A DNA stretch of 63,479 bases, the filler included, from Octopus bimaculoides (lineage: Eukaryota): the NCBI RefSeq assembly GCF_001194135.2. It is 3 parts of 3 records of this genome, joined end to end, with 100 filler letters (N's around TTAATTAATTAA, not from the genome) between each part and the next. Parts side by side here need not be neighbours in the genome. Positions count along the whole stretch, not along the records: positions 1 to 12,756 come from NC_068986.1; positions 12,857 to 37,945 come from NC_068988.1; 1 more part is not named here. One strand, written 5' to 3'. The stretch's first letter is position 1. Each line of letters opens with the position of its first letter. Positions 1-13,840 of this stretch are shown one piece after another. The notes beneath the pieces are model-generated. The model searched no databases. It saw nothing but the letters and a program-made list of their open reading frames with translations, and was not told the origin of the DNA. The translations under genes were made by a program, and so were the position numbers.

Positions 1-540
1 TATATGTATATCCATCCATGATTGGCTTTCACACAGTTTCCGCCAACCAAATTCACTCATAAAGCATTAGTGTTCAGTCTCACAGTGTGTGTAATTGAAC
101 CTGAAACCGCGTAGTTGCAAAGCGTACTTCTTAATCACAGCATTGTTTATATGAATACGCTGTAACATGTAGCAAAAACTGCGTAATATACTGAAAAGTT
201 AATGTTGGTTACATATTTTGTTGTCTACTCATTCATACGACATATCTATTGTTATTAGGAAAATTTGGGTTTTACAGTATAGTATCATACGGTCACAGTT
301 AATATCTTGAAGAAGCTGGTTGATAAATTATTTTATGAATGTCAGATGCATTACAAACAGTGCTAATTATGGTGATATTTCAATTTAGGATTTAATATTG
401 CTACAAAATTTTTAACTAAAATGTTAGGGCCTAGGCCAATTTTTCCTTTCATTCTTTCAAGTTCAATAAAATAAAAGTATGGAGTCGATGTCATTGTCCA
501 TACCTTTCCTCTGAAAATTACTTATCTTCTGCCTAATGAA

Positions 541-928
541 GTTGTTGTTGGCACTCCGTCGCTTACGACGTCGAGGGTTCCAGTTGATCCAATCAATGGA
601 ACAACCTGCTCGTGAAATTAACGTGCAAGTGGCTGAGCACTCCACAGACACGTGTACCCTTAACGTAGTTCTCGGGGAGATTCAGCGTGACACAGTGCGA
701 CAAGGCCGACCCTTTGAATTACAGGCACAACAGAAACAGGAAGTAAGAGTGAGAGAAAGTTGTGGTGGAAGAGTACAGCAGGGTTCGCCACCATCCCCTG
801 CCGGAGCCACGTGGAGCTTTTAGGTGTTTTCGCTCAATAAACACTCACAACGCCCGGTCTGGGAATCGAAACCGCGATCCTATGACCGCGAGTCCGCTGC
901 CCTAACCACTGGGCCATTGCGCCTCCAC
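541..928 (-). mobile_element. tRNA(Arg)-derived SINE, family A (OR-like), full length
   Basis: Head GTGGAGGCGCAATGGCCCAGTGG (A box) and GGTTTCGATTCCC (B box), tail GTGCCAAC(AAC)n; TSD gcctaatgaa/gccaaatgaa (531-540, 929-938). Confidence 0.9.
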
Positions 929-1740
929 GCCAAATGAAGAAACAAGTATATAAGTGAAATCGTTTCGTCACTTTACATTTTGAATTAAAATCCCGCCAAT
1001 ACAGCCTTGCCTTTCGTCCTTCCAGGTTCCACCAGTCCTAGCAGTCAAGAATTATCCATCCATCCATCCATCCATCCATCCATCCTTCCTTATCTATCCA
1101 GACCCTTTTTCTAATAATTTGTGTACTTATGTCTATGTTAGAAATTATAATATAAGAAAACTCTAAACAAATTACCGTTTGAATATTGCTTTGTATTTGA
1201 ATAGATATGGGTTTGTAAGCGTCTGATTATAAGTCTGTAGCTGTGATTATGTGTAGTTGATTTTGTACTCGCTGCAGCATTTGTTAGCAAATTGCTTCTC
1301 TTGTTTTTGGGCCGAGTTGCTTTGAATTGTTACAATGATGACCTGAATTAGAATACAATTCTTTACTGGATATCGCGTCGGTCTTTTCCTCTTTAGACGA
1401 ACAATCATATTGGACTTCATGGCGCAGAGCTTTATTCATGGCTTTTCTCTCTATGCTTCCTCTCTCTTTTCTTTCACACACACATACGTATACCCAGACA
1501 GTGGGGGAAAGCGAAGGAGAGAGAGAGAGAAGGAAAGAGAGAGTAAAGTAATACAGTTTGAGAGTAGGAATACTGTTTAGCCAGTTAAACGGCGAGGGAA
1601 CATCTATGTGATACCATATCTGGTAGAAATAGCTGTCAATTCTCTCTTATATCACATAATCTTATTTTTAACAAGGAAGGACACATCGGCCAATGCAGTC
1701 ATATAAATATATAAAGCAGAATTCATTGAAAGTGTCTGCT

Positions 1741-1866
1741 AATCTATCTATCTATCTATCTATCTGTACTTATATATGTATGTCTGTATGTATGTATGTA
1801 TGTATGTATGCAGGCATGCATGTATGTATGTATGTATGTATGTATGTATGTATGTATGTATGTATG

Positions 1867-1917
<51 letters not shown>

Positions 1918-1956
1918 ATATCTATCCTCATCTATCTGTCTGTCTGTCTGTCTGTC
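1741..1956. repeat. Compound microsatellite (ATCT)n(ATGT)n(ATCT)n(GTCT)n
   Basis: Directly visible. Many other SSRs occur, e.g. (CT)n 4457-4678, (CTA)n 7773-7835, (TAA)n 7949-7998, (GATA)n/(GGTA)n 45080-45203, (CT)n 50909-50995, (CTT)n 53341-53420. Confidence 0.95.
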
Positions 1957-2575
1957 TTTGTGCCTAATCTGCACATTATAACTGTAGTTATTACTTTTGC
2001 TGTTTAGCTCCAAGTCAGCACTCACCCAACAAACCAAATAAAATCTTTCATGGATTTTTTTGTTCCGGCAGAGTGTACCTTGGACATCTGCATGCAACTT
2101 GCCAGTTTCTTTACGATTATAAAGAGTAATTTCAAAGTGATATGGCCGCTTATTCTCATAAATCGAGGGATAACGTCGAGGCTTTCTCGTTAGCTTCTAT
2201 CGCTGCAAAAGGGCGTTTGAAAAAAATTACCATACATTTGATAACTTGGTCAAAATTGTGTATCTTACCGAGTCGTGTGTTTTATATGAGAAAAATTCCC
2301 CAAAGTCTTGCTTTTGACGATGAGCATCCAGTTTTTGGTACCCTTAACGTAATTCTCACTCAAATCCTTTGAATAACAAGCACGGTACACCAGCATGGCC
2401 GCCGCCCAATGACTGTAACAAGTAAAAGATAAGACCTAGTCTACCCACAGATAATGTACATGACTCCATGATATAAACACAATGCACTTGAGCTTATGTA
2501 AACAATATAAATGCTTTCTACATACATTTTTCGTTAGCAAATATTTGAATCTTTCGTTGTTTTATATTCATACAG

Positions 2576-2710
2576 GCGCCTTTCTTATCCCATATATCAT
2601 TATGCTGGTGTTTGGCGGCTTACCATTATTCTACATGGAACTGGCACTGGGCCAGTATCAGCGTTGCGGTTGCTTTACAGTCTGGAATAGAATATGTCCA
2701 ATGTTCAAAG
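2576..2710 (+). CDS. SLC6A4: Internal coding exon of an SLC6 serotonin transporter (TM2 to IL1 region)
   Basis: Acceptor ttcatacAG at 2574-2575 and donor AAAG|GTtggt at 2711; 135 bp, phase 1-1. Encodes (G)[44 protein letters not shown](G). The [17 protein letters not shown]...W..ICP..KG pattern matches SERT orthologues as I recall them (fly RCGC, human RNGC) better than DAT/NET. Confidence 0.9.
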
Positions 2711-4471
2711 GTTGGTGAAAATATATTTTACTACAATAATTATTTATTTGATCTGACTAAACACAGTACCTAAATGCTATTAACACATGAGATATACCTC
2801 AGCTGAATCGACCTATTTCTGGTATTCTATATCATGGGGTAGCTGCAGTCGGCGTAGTGACAGTCACAACATTATCTGCAGGTACTCCATGGCTGACCAC
2901 TAGACGAGGGATCTAATAATTGCATCATTTCACCATGGTCAACATAACTGACTTAGGTAATATTATGGAATACAGTCTAAAATTAACTGATGTACAAAAG
3001 CCGTAGTATCTTGACTGTGTATGATTTAAGCATCATTAATTACGATTCTGCAAAGAAAAAAAAATATTTGAGGATAAAAAACTTCGTTGCCCCTTCTACT
3101 AGTAATTTTTTTGCTTTTGACATTTCGTTTTTGATTTTTTTTCAGATTTAGGCTTTTAAACATAAAATTATTATTGTTATTATTAAGATAAATCTAAATT
3201 TAATTTCTTTCCATTTTTTTTTGTTTTCTCCTTCATTTTCATTACTACATTTTTGTATATTTTTTCCTTTTTCTGTATTTTTATTCTTTACAAATTTACT
3301 ATTTTTTTTTTAAATATTGGAGATTACTATGAAATAAATAGGAACAAACTCGTCACTAAATTTGTGAAAATTTTATTTTTTGTGTAATCGCAATTTGCTA
3401 TGTATAAATAAATGCAAATTCGAAAAACTGTTTTCGAAAACGTCAAAACTGAAAAGATTACAAAAAGGAAGCGTATAAAAACAAAAATAAAATAAAGAAA
3501 CAAAATTTAAATTTAAATTAGAAATATTCTTAATGGTAGACTCTTCATCTCAGATGTCTAAAACATAAATGGGAAAAAGATTTCAAAGGAAAACGAGGGC
3601 AAAACTGTAAAAAGGAGGGAAGAATCCTTCTTCCTTTTTATGTTTTTTCCAACAGAAATATTTTTAATTTGAAGAATTTATATTAAGTTCAGTTCTTCCA
3701 ATGAGCTTGACAAAAACAGAAGCACAAAGAACGGAACCTTACTCTCAGTTGCATTACTCTAAGTAGGAATTCATTTGCTGAATACATTAGCTGAATGTAA
3801 ATGTGCATTTGCTGAGAGGAGAACATGGGAACCAAACCTAAATACTATAATATTTACTTTCTCAAAAGTAGCATATCCGAAGCTTTATATGGAAATTTGT
3901 AATAATAAAATTAATTGAAGGCTTGAAGAATAGTATAGACATATACTTGAAAACTGTTTATTTTTTTCTGACTAAGAATAACGGCTCACTGTTTTTAAAA
4001 GATTGGAAATGAAAGTTTTGGACATGTATAACATTTCTAAGGGTGTTAGTGATATAAATTGGAGATAGAATTACTTCAGGTGGAAATCAAAATCGTATCC
4101 TAGAGGCGGCATATGGGAACACTTCCTTTTATTTTACTATGCATGCAACTAAGTTTGAAAGTACTGGAAATATTTCAGCCTTTACATAGAATTACATTGC
4201 ACTGTACAATATGACGCTACAATACACTTTTAGATAAATACGTCAATGTCTACCGCAGGAAGCTAAACCGCTTACGTTTGTTGACTTCACAGTATTGTAA
4301 ATATAAAACACTAAAGAAGAAAAACTTGTAGCATTATCAGATTGATGAAGAGATGAACTCTCAGCAAGCCAGACCGCAACACCGTTTCACTCAACAATTA
4401 AATTCAATTCGTTTACAATCTTAACACTCTTAGGGAAGGTAATAAGGTCACATTTCCTCTGTCTCTCTCTT

Positions 4472-4513
<42 letters not shown>

Positions 4514-5273
4514 TCTCTCTCTCTCTCTCTTTCCCTCTTCTCCCTCTCTTCCCCCCCTCTCTCTCTCTCTTTCCCTCTCTATCTCTCTTTCCCTCTCTAT
4601 CTCTCTTTCCCTCTTCTCTCTCTCTTTCCCTCTCTCTCTCTTTCCCCTCTCTCTCTTTCCCTCTCTCTCTCTCTCTTTNNNNNNNNNNNNNNNNNNNNNN
4701 NNNNNNNNNNNNNNNNNNNNNNNNNNNNNNNNNNNNNNNNNNNNNNNNNNNNNNNNNNNNNNNNNNNNNNNNNNNNNNNNNNNNNNNNNNNNNNNNNNNN
4801 NNNNNNNNNNNNNNNNNNNNNNNNNNNNNNNNNNNNNNNNNNNNNNNNNNNNNNNNNNNNNNNNNNNNNNNNNNNNNNNNNNNNNNNNNNNNNNNNNNNN
4901 NNNNNNNNNNNNNNNNNNNNNNNNNNNNNNNNNNNNNNNNNNNNNNNNNNNNNNNNNNNNNNNNNNNNNNNNNNNNNNNNNNNNNNNNNNNNNNNNNNNN
5001 NNNNNNNNNNNNNNNNNNNNNNNNNNNNNNNNNNNNNNNNNNNNNNNNNNNNNNNNNNNNNNNNNNNNNNNNNNNNNNNNNNNNNNNNNNNNNNNNNNNN
5101 NNNNNNNNNNNNNNNNNNNNNNNNNNNNNNNNNNNNNNNNNNNNNNNNNNNNNNNNNNNNNNNNNNNNNNNNNNNNNNNNNNNNNNNNNNNNNNNNNNNN
5201 NNNNNNNNNNNNNNNNNNNNNNNNNNNNNNNNNNNNNNNNNNNNNNNNNNNNNNNNNNNNNNNNNNNNNNNNN

Positions 5274-5324
<51 letters not shown>

Positions 5325-6399
5325 ATAGGCTGAAGGTAATTATTCTTTCTTGAGTTGAGAGACATAATCAACAGAATCTGCGTTAGCATATTTATATTTT
5401 TCATCGACTTCCCCGAGGAAGGGAAAGTAAATCAACCTGGCTTGGCATGACTTAAAACAGAGGAGAAAGAAATGAAAATCCCAACACTTGTGTTGCCATC
5501 TTGGCCATTCTATCGATGCGTGGCCCTTACAACCTGTTTATAAGGAAACACTAACGATGTATGAGGCATGAGAATCAACAGACATTTTTCCACTGAGTTA
5601 TTATGACTCCTAACTACCGATAGATACAACAATGTCTCTTTTGAATATAAAAACACTAAATTTAGTGACTATAACTGGATACGAACTTTGAGTGTGATAC
5701 TTCTCAACCAGTTCAATCTAATAATTCGAATCATGAAAAGAAAAACGTTTGTGCCAGCAAGTTTCCGTTAACGACTAGAGAATCATTTCAGTTTTTTTCA
5801 TAGTTTTCAGAAAGTCTAAATATCTCAACTTCAGTTTTAATATTGATGCATCATTTTTATAAGTTGTGATTCCACTTTAAGATGTCAAGTTATGATTCTG
5901 GGGTACAATCAAGTGATCTATTCTTTTGTAGTAGAAATTTTCTATAATTAGATAAAAAAATATTTTACAAGAATGAATGTTTAGTGTATTGAATCGCTTA
6001 AGTTTATGTTCGCTAGCTTGCGAACAGGTTTTGACAACTCGCATTTATATCGGGCAACGACTTTATTTTGTGTGTTCTGATCAGCGTTACTTCACTCTTA
6101 ATAATTCAGTCAAAATAGCTACAACTAGGTAGTTACCATTAAAAGATGAGTTCAGTTTTTTTAATGTAAATCTGTTTTTATGGTCGCTATAGAGGATAAG
6201 TATTTTCTAGTTTCTAAGAGTACAGATGTGTTGCTTCCATGGGTCTTGGAGAAAGCAAGGAAGAAACTACTGCTGCTGTACTCCCACTTTTTTTTATAAA
6301 TCCATAAATGTAAAGGACAGCTTCAAGGCTACCGGCACTACTACTATTATTATTGAAGCATATTTATGATAAATTTATTCAGCCTCTGCAGTCTTGCTA

Positions 6400-6900
6400 C
6401 TCTCTTCCACTTTCGTTAAACACAACAAAAGGCAACGTCCCTCTTTAACCTCATATTTCTCTTCAAGTAACAGTTTGGCCAGAGAGAGAAATATCTGTCT
6501 TCAAGCCGTTTTGAAAGAGTCTACCACATAACTTCTTTCGCTCAGGAAGACTAACTACTCTTCTCTGCAAAAGAAAAACGAATCTTTCATTTTTCCTTCT
6601 AGACTCGACTTAAAACCAGAATCGTTCAACACGCAACAGCAATTATTCAACATAAGCCACCATAAGCCTCGTTGCTAAAGCTTTCAGATTTGCTTCTCTA
6701 ATTTTTGCTTGTAGCAAAACCCATCACCTATTATTGATGATGGACCCCGTCAATTCCCGTTTATCTAATTCGATAATCTTCTCCCTAAAATCCTTTCGCT
6801 TTTGAAAGGATGTCTTAATCTCCAAATAACCACACCCCTTTCGAAAGTCGATCCGAAACTAATCGAAACCGTCGCCGACTAAGCGTACTGCTGGTATCCC
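6400..6900 (-). mobile_element. Diverged Tx1-like LINE ORF2 fragment
   Basis: GCGYLEIKTSFQKRKDFREKIIELDKRELTGSIINNR*W aligns by eye to RSGYWNLNKSLL...RALTGSIINNKWW of the 31.7-37 kb LINE. Confidence 0.55.
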
Positions 6901-7772
6901 GGTAAAAACTTTAAGGACGACCGAGATGACCCTTTGCGATTTGACAAGGTCCACTTTAGCGCATTAGGGAAATCTAGGCGAAATCTGTCTGAACGTTGGA
7001 AGTCCTGAACAGGTTTACGAAGCTTTTGCACATGTAGGACCCAAGGTGATTTTGTTCGGGTAAAAAGTGCGTCTTATATGCCATCAAATAAGGTCCTTAA
7101 TAATTTACCATTTCCGTGTTAAGGTAGCATGATGATAAGGCAAAAAGTAATCTGGTAGGATTTGAACTGAGAACGTAAAAGTGTGTCTTAGACGCCATCA
7201 AATACTGTGCTTAATTTACCATTTCTCTGGGTGGGGTAGAATGAAGGTAAGACAAAAAGTAAATCTAACAGGGTTTGAACTCAGAATTCAGAATGCACGA
7301 AGCAAGATATTTTGTTCAACTCTCTATCAATTTCATCATCTGTTACTGCTACAGCAATAGAAATAACGATAGTAACAACAAGAACAACAAAAATGAAAAG
7401 ATTGTTGATGGCTGAGAGGAAATAACTAGTTTTTCACGCTGTATTGAATGCGGTGTTTGATGACATGATCCCTGTTGGCTTGCCTCAGTTTCTCGCAACC
7501 ACCACCATCATCATCTCCACCACCAGCATTACTTCATTCTTTCTCTCCGACTATCTCTATTAACATCAGCATCTTTAGCACCCTCATTCCTACCACCACC
7601 ACCACCACCACTGCCTCTAACAACTCTATAAGCAGTAATACGTATGCCATTACAATTACCGTTGCCATTAATCAAAACCTTCTTCTCTTCAATAGGGTGG
7701 ATCTACATTTAAATACGTTTTTCCGCTATCACGTGAAATTGCCTTAATCAATGTTCTACTTTCATTTTATTT

Positions 7773-7835
<63 letters not shown>

Positions 7836-7947
7836 TCTGTTCAAACTCAGTCTGTCAACGCCCACTTCTACCACTTTAGCGTAACACGCACACGGCTGCC
7901 ACTTTCTGAAAACTCCAGACTCCATATAGGAAAATTGAATGAATGAA

Positions 7948-7998
<51 letters not shown>

Positions 7999-9014
7999 TT
8001 AAACAAAAAATAGAGCCACGCCCACTTCCACCACATGAAAACCGACTGCTACTGCAACAATCACACTTCTTTAAGTTATTATTTTCTCTAATTCAAGGAT
8101 GATATTAGGATGTTGAATGAGATATACATATNNNNNNNNNNNNNNNNNNNNNNNNNNNNNNNNNNNNNNNNNNNNNNNNNNNNNNNNNNNNNNNNNNNNN
8201 NNNNNNNNNNNNNNNNNNNNNNNNNNNNNNNNNNNNNNNNNNNNNNNNNNNNNNNNNNNNNNNNNNNNNNNNNNNNNNNNNNNNNNNNNNNNNNNNNNNN
8301 NNNNNNNNNNNNNNNNNNNNNNNNNNNNNNNNNNNNNNNNNNNNNNNNNNNNNNNNNNNNNNNNNNNNNNNNNNNNNNNNNNNNNNNNNNNNNNNNNNNN
8401 NNNNNNNNNNNNNNNNNNNNNNNNNNNNNNNNNNNNNNNNNNNNNNNNNNNNNNNNNNNNNNNNNNNNNNNNNNNNNNNNNNNNNNNNNNNNNNNNNNNN
8501 NNNNNNNNNNNNNNNNNNNNNNNNNNNNNNNNNNNNNNNNNNNNNNNNNNNNNNNNNNNNNNNNNNNNNNNNNNNNNNNNNNNNNNNNNNNNNNNNNNNN
8601 NNNNNNNNNNNNNNNNNNNNNNNNNNNNNNNNNNNNNNNNNNNNNNNNNNNNNNNNNNNNNNNNNNNNNNNNNNNNNNNNNNNNNNNNNNNNNNNNNNNN
8701 NNNNNNNNNNNNNNNNNNNNNNNNNNNNNNNNNNNNNNNNNNNNNNNNNNNNNNNNNNNNNNNNNNNNNNNNNNNNNNNNNNNNNNNNNNNNNNNNNNNN
8801 NNNNNNNNNNNNNNNNNNNNNNNNNNNNNNNNNNNNNNNNNNNNNNNNNNNNNNNNNNNNNNNNNNNNNNNNNNNNNNNNNNNNNNNNNNNNNNNNNNNN
8901 NNNNNNNNNNNNNNNNNNNNNNNNNNNNNNNNNNNNNNNNNNNNNNNNNNNNNNNNNNNNNNNNNNNNNNNNNNNNNNNNNNNNNNNNNNNNNNNNNNNN
9001 NNNNNNNNNNNNNN

Positions 9015-9072
<58 letters not shown>

Positions 9073-9210
9073 CAATTACAACGAGTACGGAGACTGGCAC
9101 ATTTTAAAAATTTAACAATTAATTATACCGCATAATTAGTTACTTAATCAGTAGTGGTACCCGCCTAGATAATGTATCCCTGTATACGCATCATATAATG
9201 TGCGTGTGTT

Positions 9211-9250
<40 letters not shown>

Positions 9251-9779
9251 CGCGCGCGTATGAAGTATGCTTTATATATATATGTGTGTATGAGAAGGTT
9301 GTTCCGAAATTAATGCAAAAGAATGGTTCAAACATTTTTATTAACAGACACAAGCCGTTTAAATTGCACACGTTGGTAGGGCAACTCTTCAATGATAGTA
9401 ACTCTTCTTCCTACTCTTCTCCATTGAAAGCAAATAAAAAATTTCAAACAGAATCTACGTGCCTTCATTAAGTTATTGACGAAGGATAAGTGCAAGCTGT
9501 ACGATATTCACAGAAGATTACATGTTGTTTACGGAGATGACACAATTGACAAGATCAATATATACAAATAGATGAGGAAGTTCAAAGAAGGAGAAACCAA
9601 CTTGGAAAAAACAAAAACAAAAAAAACATTCTGTGAGAGACCATCAAATGCTACTCTAGACATGAATCTCAAACGAATAAACGAATGGTCAAACGTATCC
9701 ATAGTTCGTGGGTTTGCCGCACAATTCGACCATAGTTACAATACATTAAAGAAAATGGTGTAAGACTTTGGGTATTAGA

Positions 9780-10010
9780 GAACGTACACAAAGTAAGTAT
9801 CTCGGCAGTTTATAATCGATTTGAAGGGGGAAAGAGTGATAATCTATTTTGATCTATCAGACGCGTTTGAAGCCAATGAAGACACTTTTTATGATCTGAA
9901 AAATGAAAAATGATATGAAAAATGGCTGAATTTTTATGATGCAAAAACGAAGGCCCAGTTTATGGAATGGCGTTATACATCTTCCCTGAGGCTTAAGAAG
10001 TTTGAGAACT
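9780..10010 (+). mobile_element. Old mariner transposase fragment
   Basis: EKWLNFYDAKTKAQFMEWRYTSSLRLKKF resembles mariner DEKW..YDPETK.QSMEW...SPRPKK. Confidence 0.5.
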
Positions 10011-10362
10011 AACGATCAGCATAAAATGTCATTGTGACTGTTCTTTCTTTTTTCAGAACCTAGTTACGTCGGGAACAGCAAAGGGTGCAATGAGACACTC
10101 AGAAAATTAGGAGGAACGGACTGAATAAGAATTTTTAAACAATCTATATTCACCATGACAACGAGTGACCATCCAAAGTTTTAGCAACTAATCAAGCAGT
10201 CAGCAAATTAGGCTAGTCAGAAGACCCATCCCCCGTTAAACTCGACGCTGACATCCTCCGACATCGGGGAGTAAGATTTGAAGACACAGATGTAATGGAA
10301 GTGATTGTTAAGATATGAGCGCAACAATTCACGTCTGGATCTTTTAGAGAATTCAAGAGTTA

Positions 10363-11637
10363 CGAAGGTCGGCTGAAAAGTTCATAGGCCGATCGAGGTA
10401 CTCTCGTGGAATGTGACCAAATGAGGTTTATTTTCCAGTATAGTCTCCCTTGCAGTTTACATACTTCTTCCATCGGTGTTTCAGTACTTCGATCACATTG
10501 GAGAAGAATCTTTCATCCTGTCACTCAAAGAAATCCTCGATAGCAGGTGTAACGACATCACGACACCGATACTGGTTCCCAGTTAAGTATTTTACCGTGT
10601 TGAGAAACAGATAATAGTTAGAATGGGGCCAAATCAGGAGAATAGGAAAGGTAGGCAACCAATTCAAAACCACAGTCACGCACAGCAGCCATTGAAACCA
10701 AGGACTGGTGTACTGATTAAACAAGTCCTCTTTTGTCAGTTTTCTGGGTGTTTGGTTTTGATAGCCCTTTGTAACTGTCTCAGCAAGTTGGCATAGTACT
10801 TTCCATTGATGATGTGCTCTTTTCAAAATAGTCAATAAACACAATGCCTTTTGCATCCCAAAAGACTGAGGCCGTCATCTTCCTTGCAGACGAACGACCT
10901 TTGCTTTCCTTAAAGCAGGCGAGTAGGGGTGTTTCCATTTCATGGACTGTTTCTTTGCATCTGGTTTAAAGTGATGAACTCAAGACTTATCTTGGGTGAG
11001 GAAAAGTTCAAGGAAGCCAGCTGGATCTGCCTTAAACAATGTCAAATTTTCTTGTGATGTGATCAGCCTGATACGCTTTTGACCAGGCATCAGATGACGT
11101 GGCACTCATCGAGCAGAAACCTTCGCCTTGACAAGTTCATTGTGCAGAATATTCTCAACCCTCTCATGAGATACGTCAATAGCATTAGTTATTTGATTTA
11201 TAGTCAAGCGTCTGTCTTCTATCACCATGTGGTGAACACGATCAATGTTTTCCTCGGTAGTGGCAGTTGCAGGACGTCCATGTCTCGGGTTACCTTCAAG
11301 ACTCTCCTTTCCCCTCCTAAATTCAGCTGCCCGCTTTTGCACTGTTAATAAAGCTGGAACGTCATCTCCTAATGTAGCAACCTTGTCAGCATATCCTTGG
11401 AAGCTAACCGTTTTTCTGCAGATACTTGATAACACCACAACGCCAAATTTTGCCCATTTACAACAGAAGTCGCTGCTTGTTACTTTTGAAGTCTTATATG
11501 AATAGTCAAATCTGACTTAACCTGGAAAGAGACAGTACAGTTATTAATAAGTAGAGTTGAAATTAATTCATGGAAGATTTCATAGCACTAGTTTTATTCT
11601 TTCATAGTCACCCTGTGGACTTTTCAGACCACTCTTG
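10363..11637 (-). mobile_element. mariner element, about 1.27 kb, decayed transposase
   Basis: TA-flanked imperfect TIRs (cgaaggtcggctgaaaagttca / caagagtggtctgaaaagtcca); peptides AAEFRRGKESLEGNPRHGRPATATTEENI..AKVSAR and YSPDLAP. Confidence 0.9.
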
Positions 11638-11844
11638 TAGATTCAACGTTAGTGCCAATACATATATTTTTATTGGAGATTATGTCGAGCTGTACATTTT
11701 TATGTAGGAAAAATTAGTCTTGCAATATGTGCAGTTTGTAAGATCTATGTCAGGTTATAAATATAGGTATGCCCATTTTGCATTACACACACACACCTAC
11801 AAGTATGTAAGCATAAACATGTACATTTATACATACATACACAC

Positions 11845-12227
11845 GTTGGCACTCCGTCGGTTACGACGACGAGGGTTCCTGTTGATCCGATCAACGGAAC
11901 AGCCTGCTCGTGAAATTAACGTGCAAGTGGCTGAGCATTCCACAGACACGTGTACCCTTAATGTAGTTCTCGGGGAGATTCAGCGTGATACAGAGTGTGA
12001 CAGGGCTGACCCTTCGAAATACAGGTACAACAGAAACAGGAAGAAAGATTGAGAGAAAGTTGTGGTGAAAGAGTACAGCAGGGTTCGCCACCATCCCCTG
12101 CCGTTGCCTCGTGGAGCTTTAGGCGTTTGCGCTCAATAAACACTCACAACGCCCGGTCTGGGAATCGAAACCGCGATCTTATGACCGCGAGTCCGCTGCA
12201 CTAACCGCTGGGCCATTGCGCCTCCAC
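11845..12227 (-). mobile_element. Family A SINE, full length
   Basis: Near-identical to 541-928; TSD atacatacacac (11833-11844, 12228-12239). Confidence 0.9.
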
Positions 12228-12237
12228 ATACATACAC

Positions 12238-12274
<37 letters not shown>

Positions 12275-12706
12275 AACACACACACACACACACACACAAA
12301 CACACATATACGCACACACATATACATACATACATACATACATACATATACATACATGCACATGTTTAGGCATGCAACTAAATGCATGAGAATACATATA
12401 TAAAATAAAACATACAAATCTGCACGTGCACTGAATCCAAATATTGCACATAGACACGAACATGCACAAATACCTTGTTGATGTTTAAAATTCCCACCAC
12501 GTAACGTTGGATATCGGTTTAGAAATCGGGTCTTTTTCTATTGGTGAGAAATCTTGAAATAAAACTAAAGAATATACATACATAGTAGAGTTCAAGAGAT
12601 ATAATCTCTTGGGCACTACTAAGTGTATTCTATACGGAGAATTCTGATTCTCATCTATTGACTATATACATACATTCATACATATTCATTATTTATAATG
12701 TACAAT

Positions 12707-12756
<50 letters not shown>

Positions 12757-12959
12757 NNNNNNNNNNNNNNNNNNNNNNNNNNNNNNNNNNNNNNNNNNNN
12801 TTAATTAATTAANNNNNNNNNNNNNNNNNNNNNNNNNNNNNNNNNNNNNNNNNNNNAAATAGCCAAACCACACACACACACACACACACGGACTCGCGCG
12901 CACGCACTCACGCGCACGCACTCACACACATACTTACCTCCCTCTTGCAGTCTCCTGTC

Positions 12960-13225
12960 TTAGAAAGAACTTTTCCTCCACCCCTTCCCCTTCCGGTCCT
13001 TCCACAATGTAACCTCGTGGACATCGGTGGCGATATTTTCTTCCTCCGTTTTCCCCTTCTTTGGACTTTCCTTGTTTCCGACGAAGAGCTCCGCTCGAAA
13101 CGTCATATTCTCTCTCTCTTTTTCCTTTTCCGAGCGTCTAGTAACACAATCTGTATCACGTCCTCACGTTGTTGTTTTTTGTTGTTGTTTTGTCTTTTTC
13201 CTTTTTTGAACTTATATATATAGAT
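12960..13225 (+). mobile_element. Penelope-like element end with hammerhead-like motif
   Basis: ccgacgaagagctccgctcgaaacgtc at 13078-13104 followed by a pyrimidine-rich stretch and (TA)n. The PLE call is inferred from the motif. Confidence 0.5.
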
Positions 13226-13260
13226 ATAGATGTATAATACATCGTGCATACATACATAAC

Positions 13261-13630
13261 GTGGAGGCGTAATGGCCCATTGGTTAGGGCAGCGGACTCG
13301 CAGTTTCGATTCCCAGACCGGGCATTGTGTGTGTTTATTGAGCGAAAACGCCTAAAGTTCCACGAGGTTCCGGCAGGGGGTGGTGGCGAACCCTGCTGTA
13401 CTCTTTCACCACAACTTTCTCTCACACTTTCTTCCTGTTTCTGTTGTACTTGTATTTCAAAGGGCCAGCCTTGTCACACTGTGTCACGCTGAATATCCTC
13501 GAGAACTACGTTGAGGGTACACGTGTCCGTGGAGTGCTCTGCCGCTTGCACGTTAATTTCACGAGCAGGCTGTTTCGTTGATCGGATCAACTGGAATCTT
13601 CGTCGTCGTAACCGACGGAGTGCCAACAAC
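13261..13630 (+). mobile_element. Family A SINE, full length
   Basis: Same head, body and tail; TSD atacataac (13252-13260, 13631-13639). Confidence 0.9.
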
Positions 13631-13840
13631 ATACATAACACATATACATATATATATGTGTGTGTGTATATTTGAAGAAAGATTTTCTCAACTTAAAAAA
13701 TGATTNNNNNNNNNNCGCGGGTTAGGGATAGGGTTAGGGTTAGGGTTAGGATCGACCACTCAAGACTAGCTAGCGCGGACGCGCGACTGCGCGTTCGGGT
13801 CCGCGCTGCTTTAGTAGTACCCATATTTACATTCCCATAT

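Noticed and set aside
536-823. Recurring ORF MLLALRRLRRRGFQLI... at several loci
   Set aside because: It is the antisense reading of family A SINEs, not a gene family.
880-928. tRNA-Arg-like sequence
   Set aside because: It is the SINE head; it lacks a complete acceptor stem and continues into the SINE body.
12801-12812. TTAATTAATTAA islands inside N runs (also 37990-38001)
   Set aside because: An identical 12-mer flanked by Ns on both sides, with stops in all frames, is best explained as an assembly spacer rather than biology.
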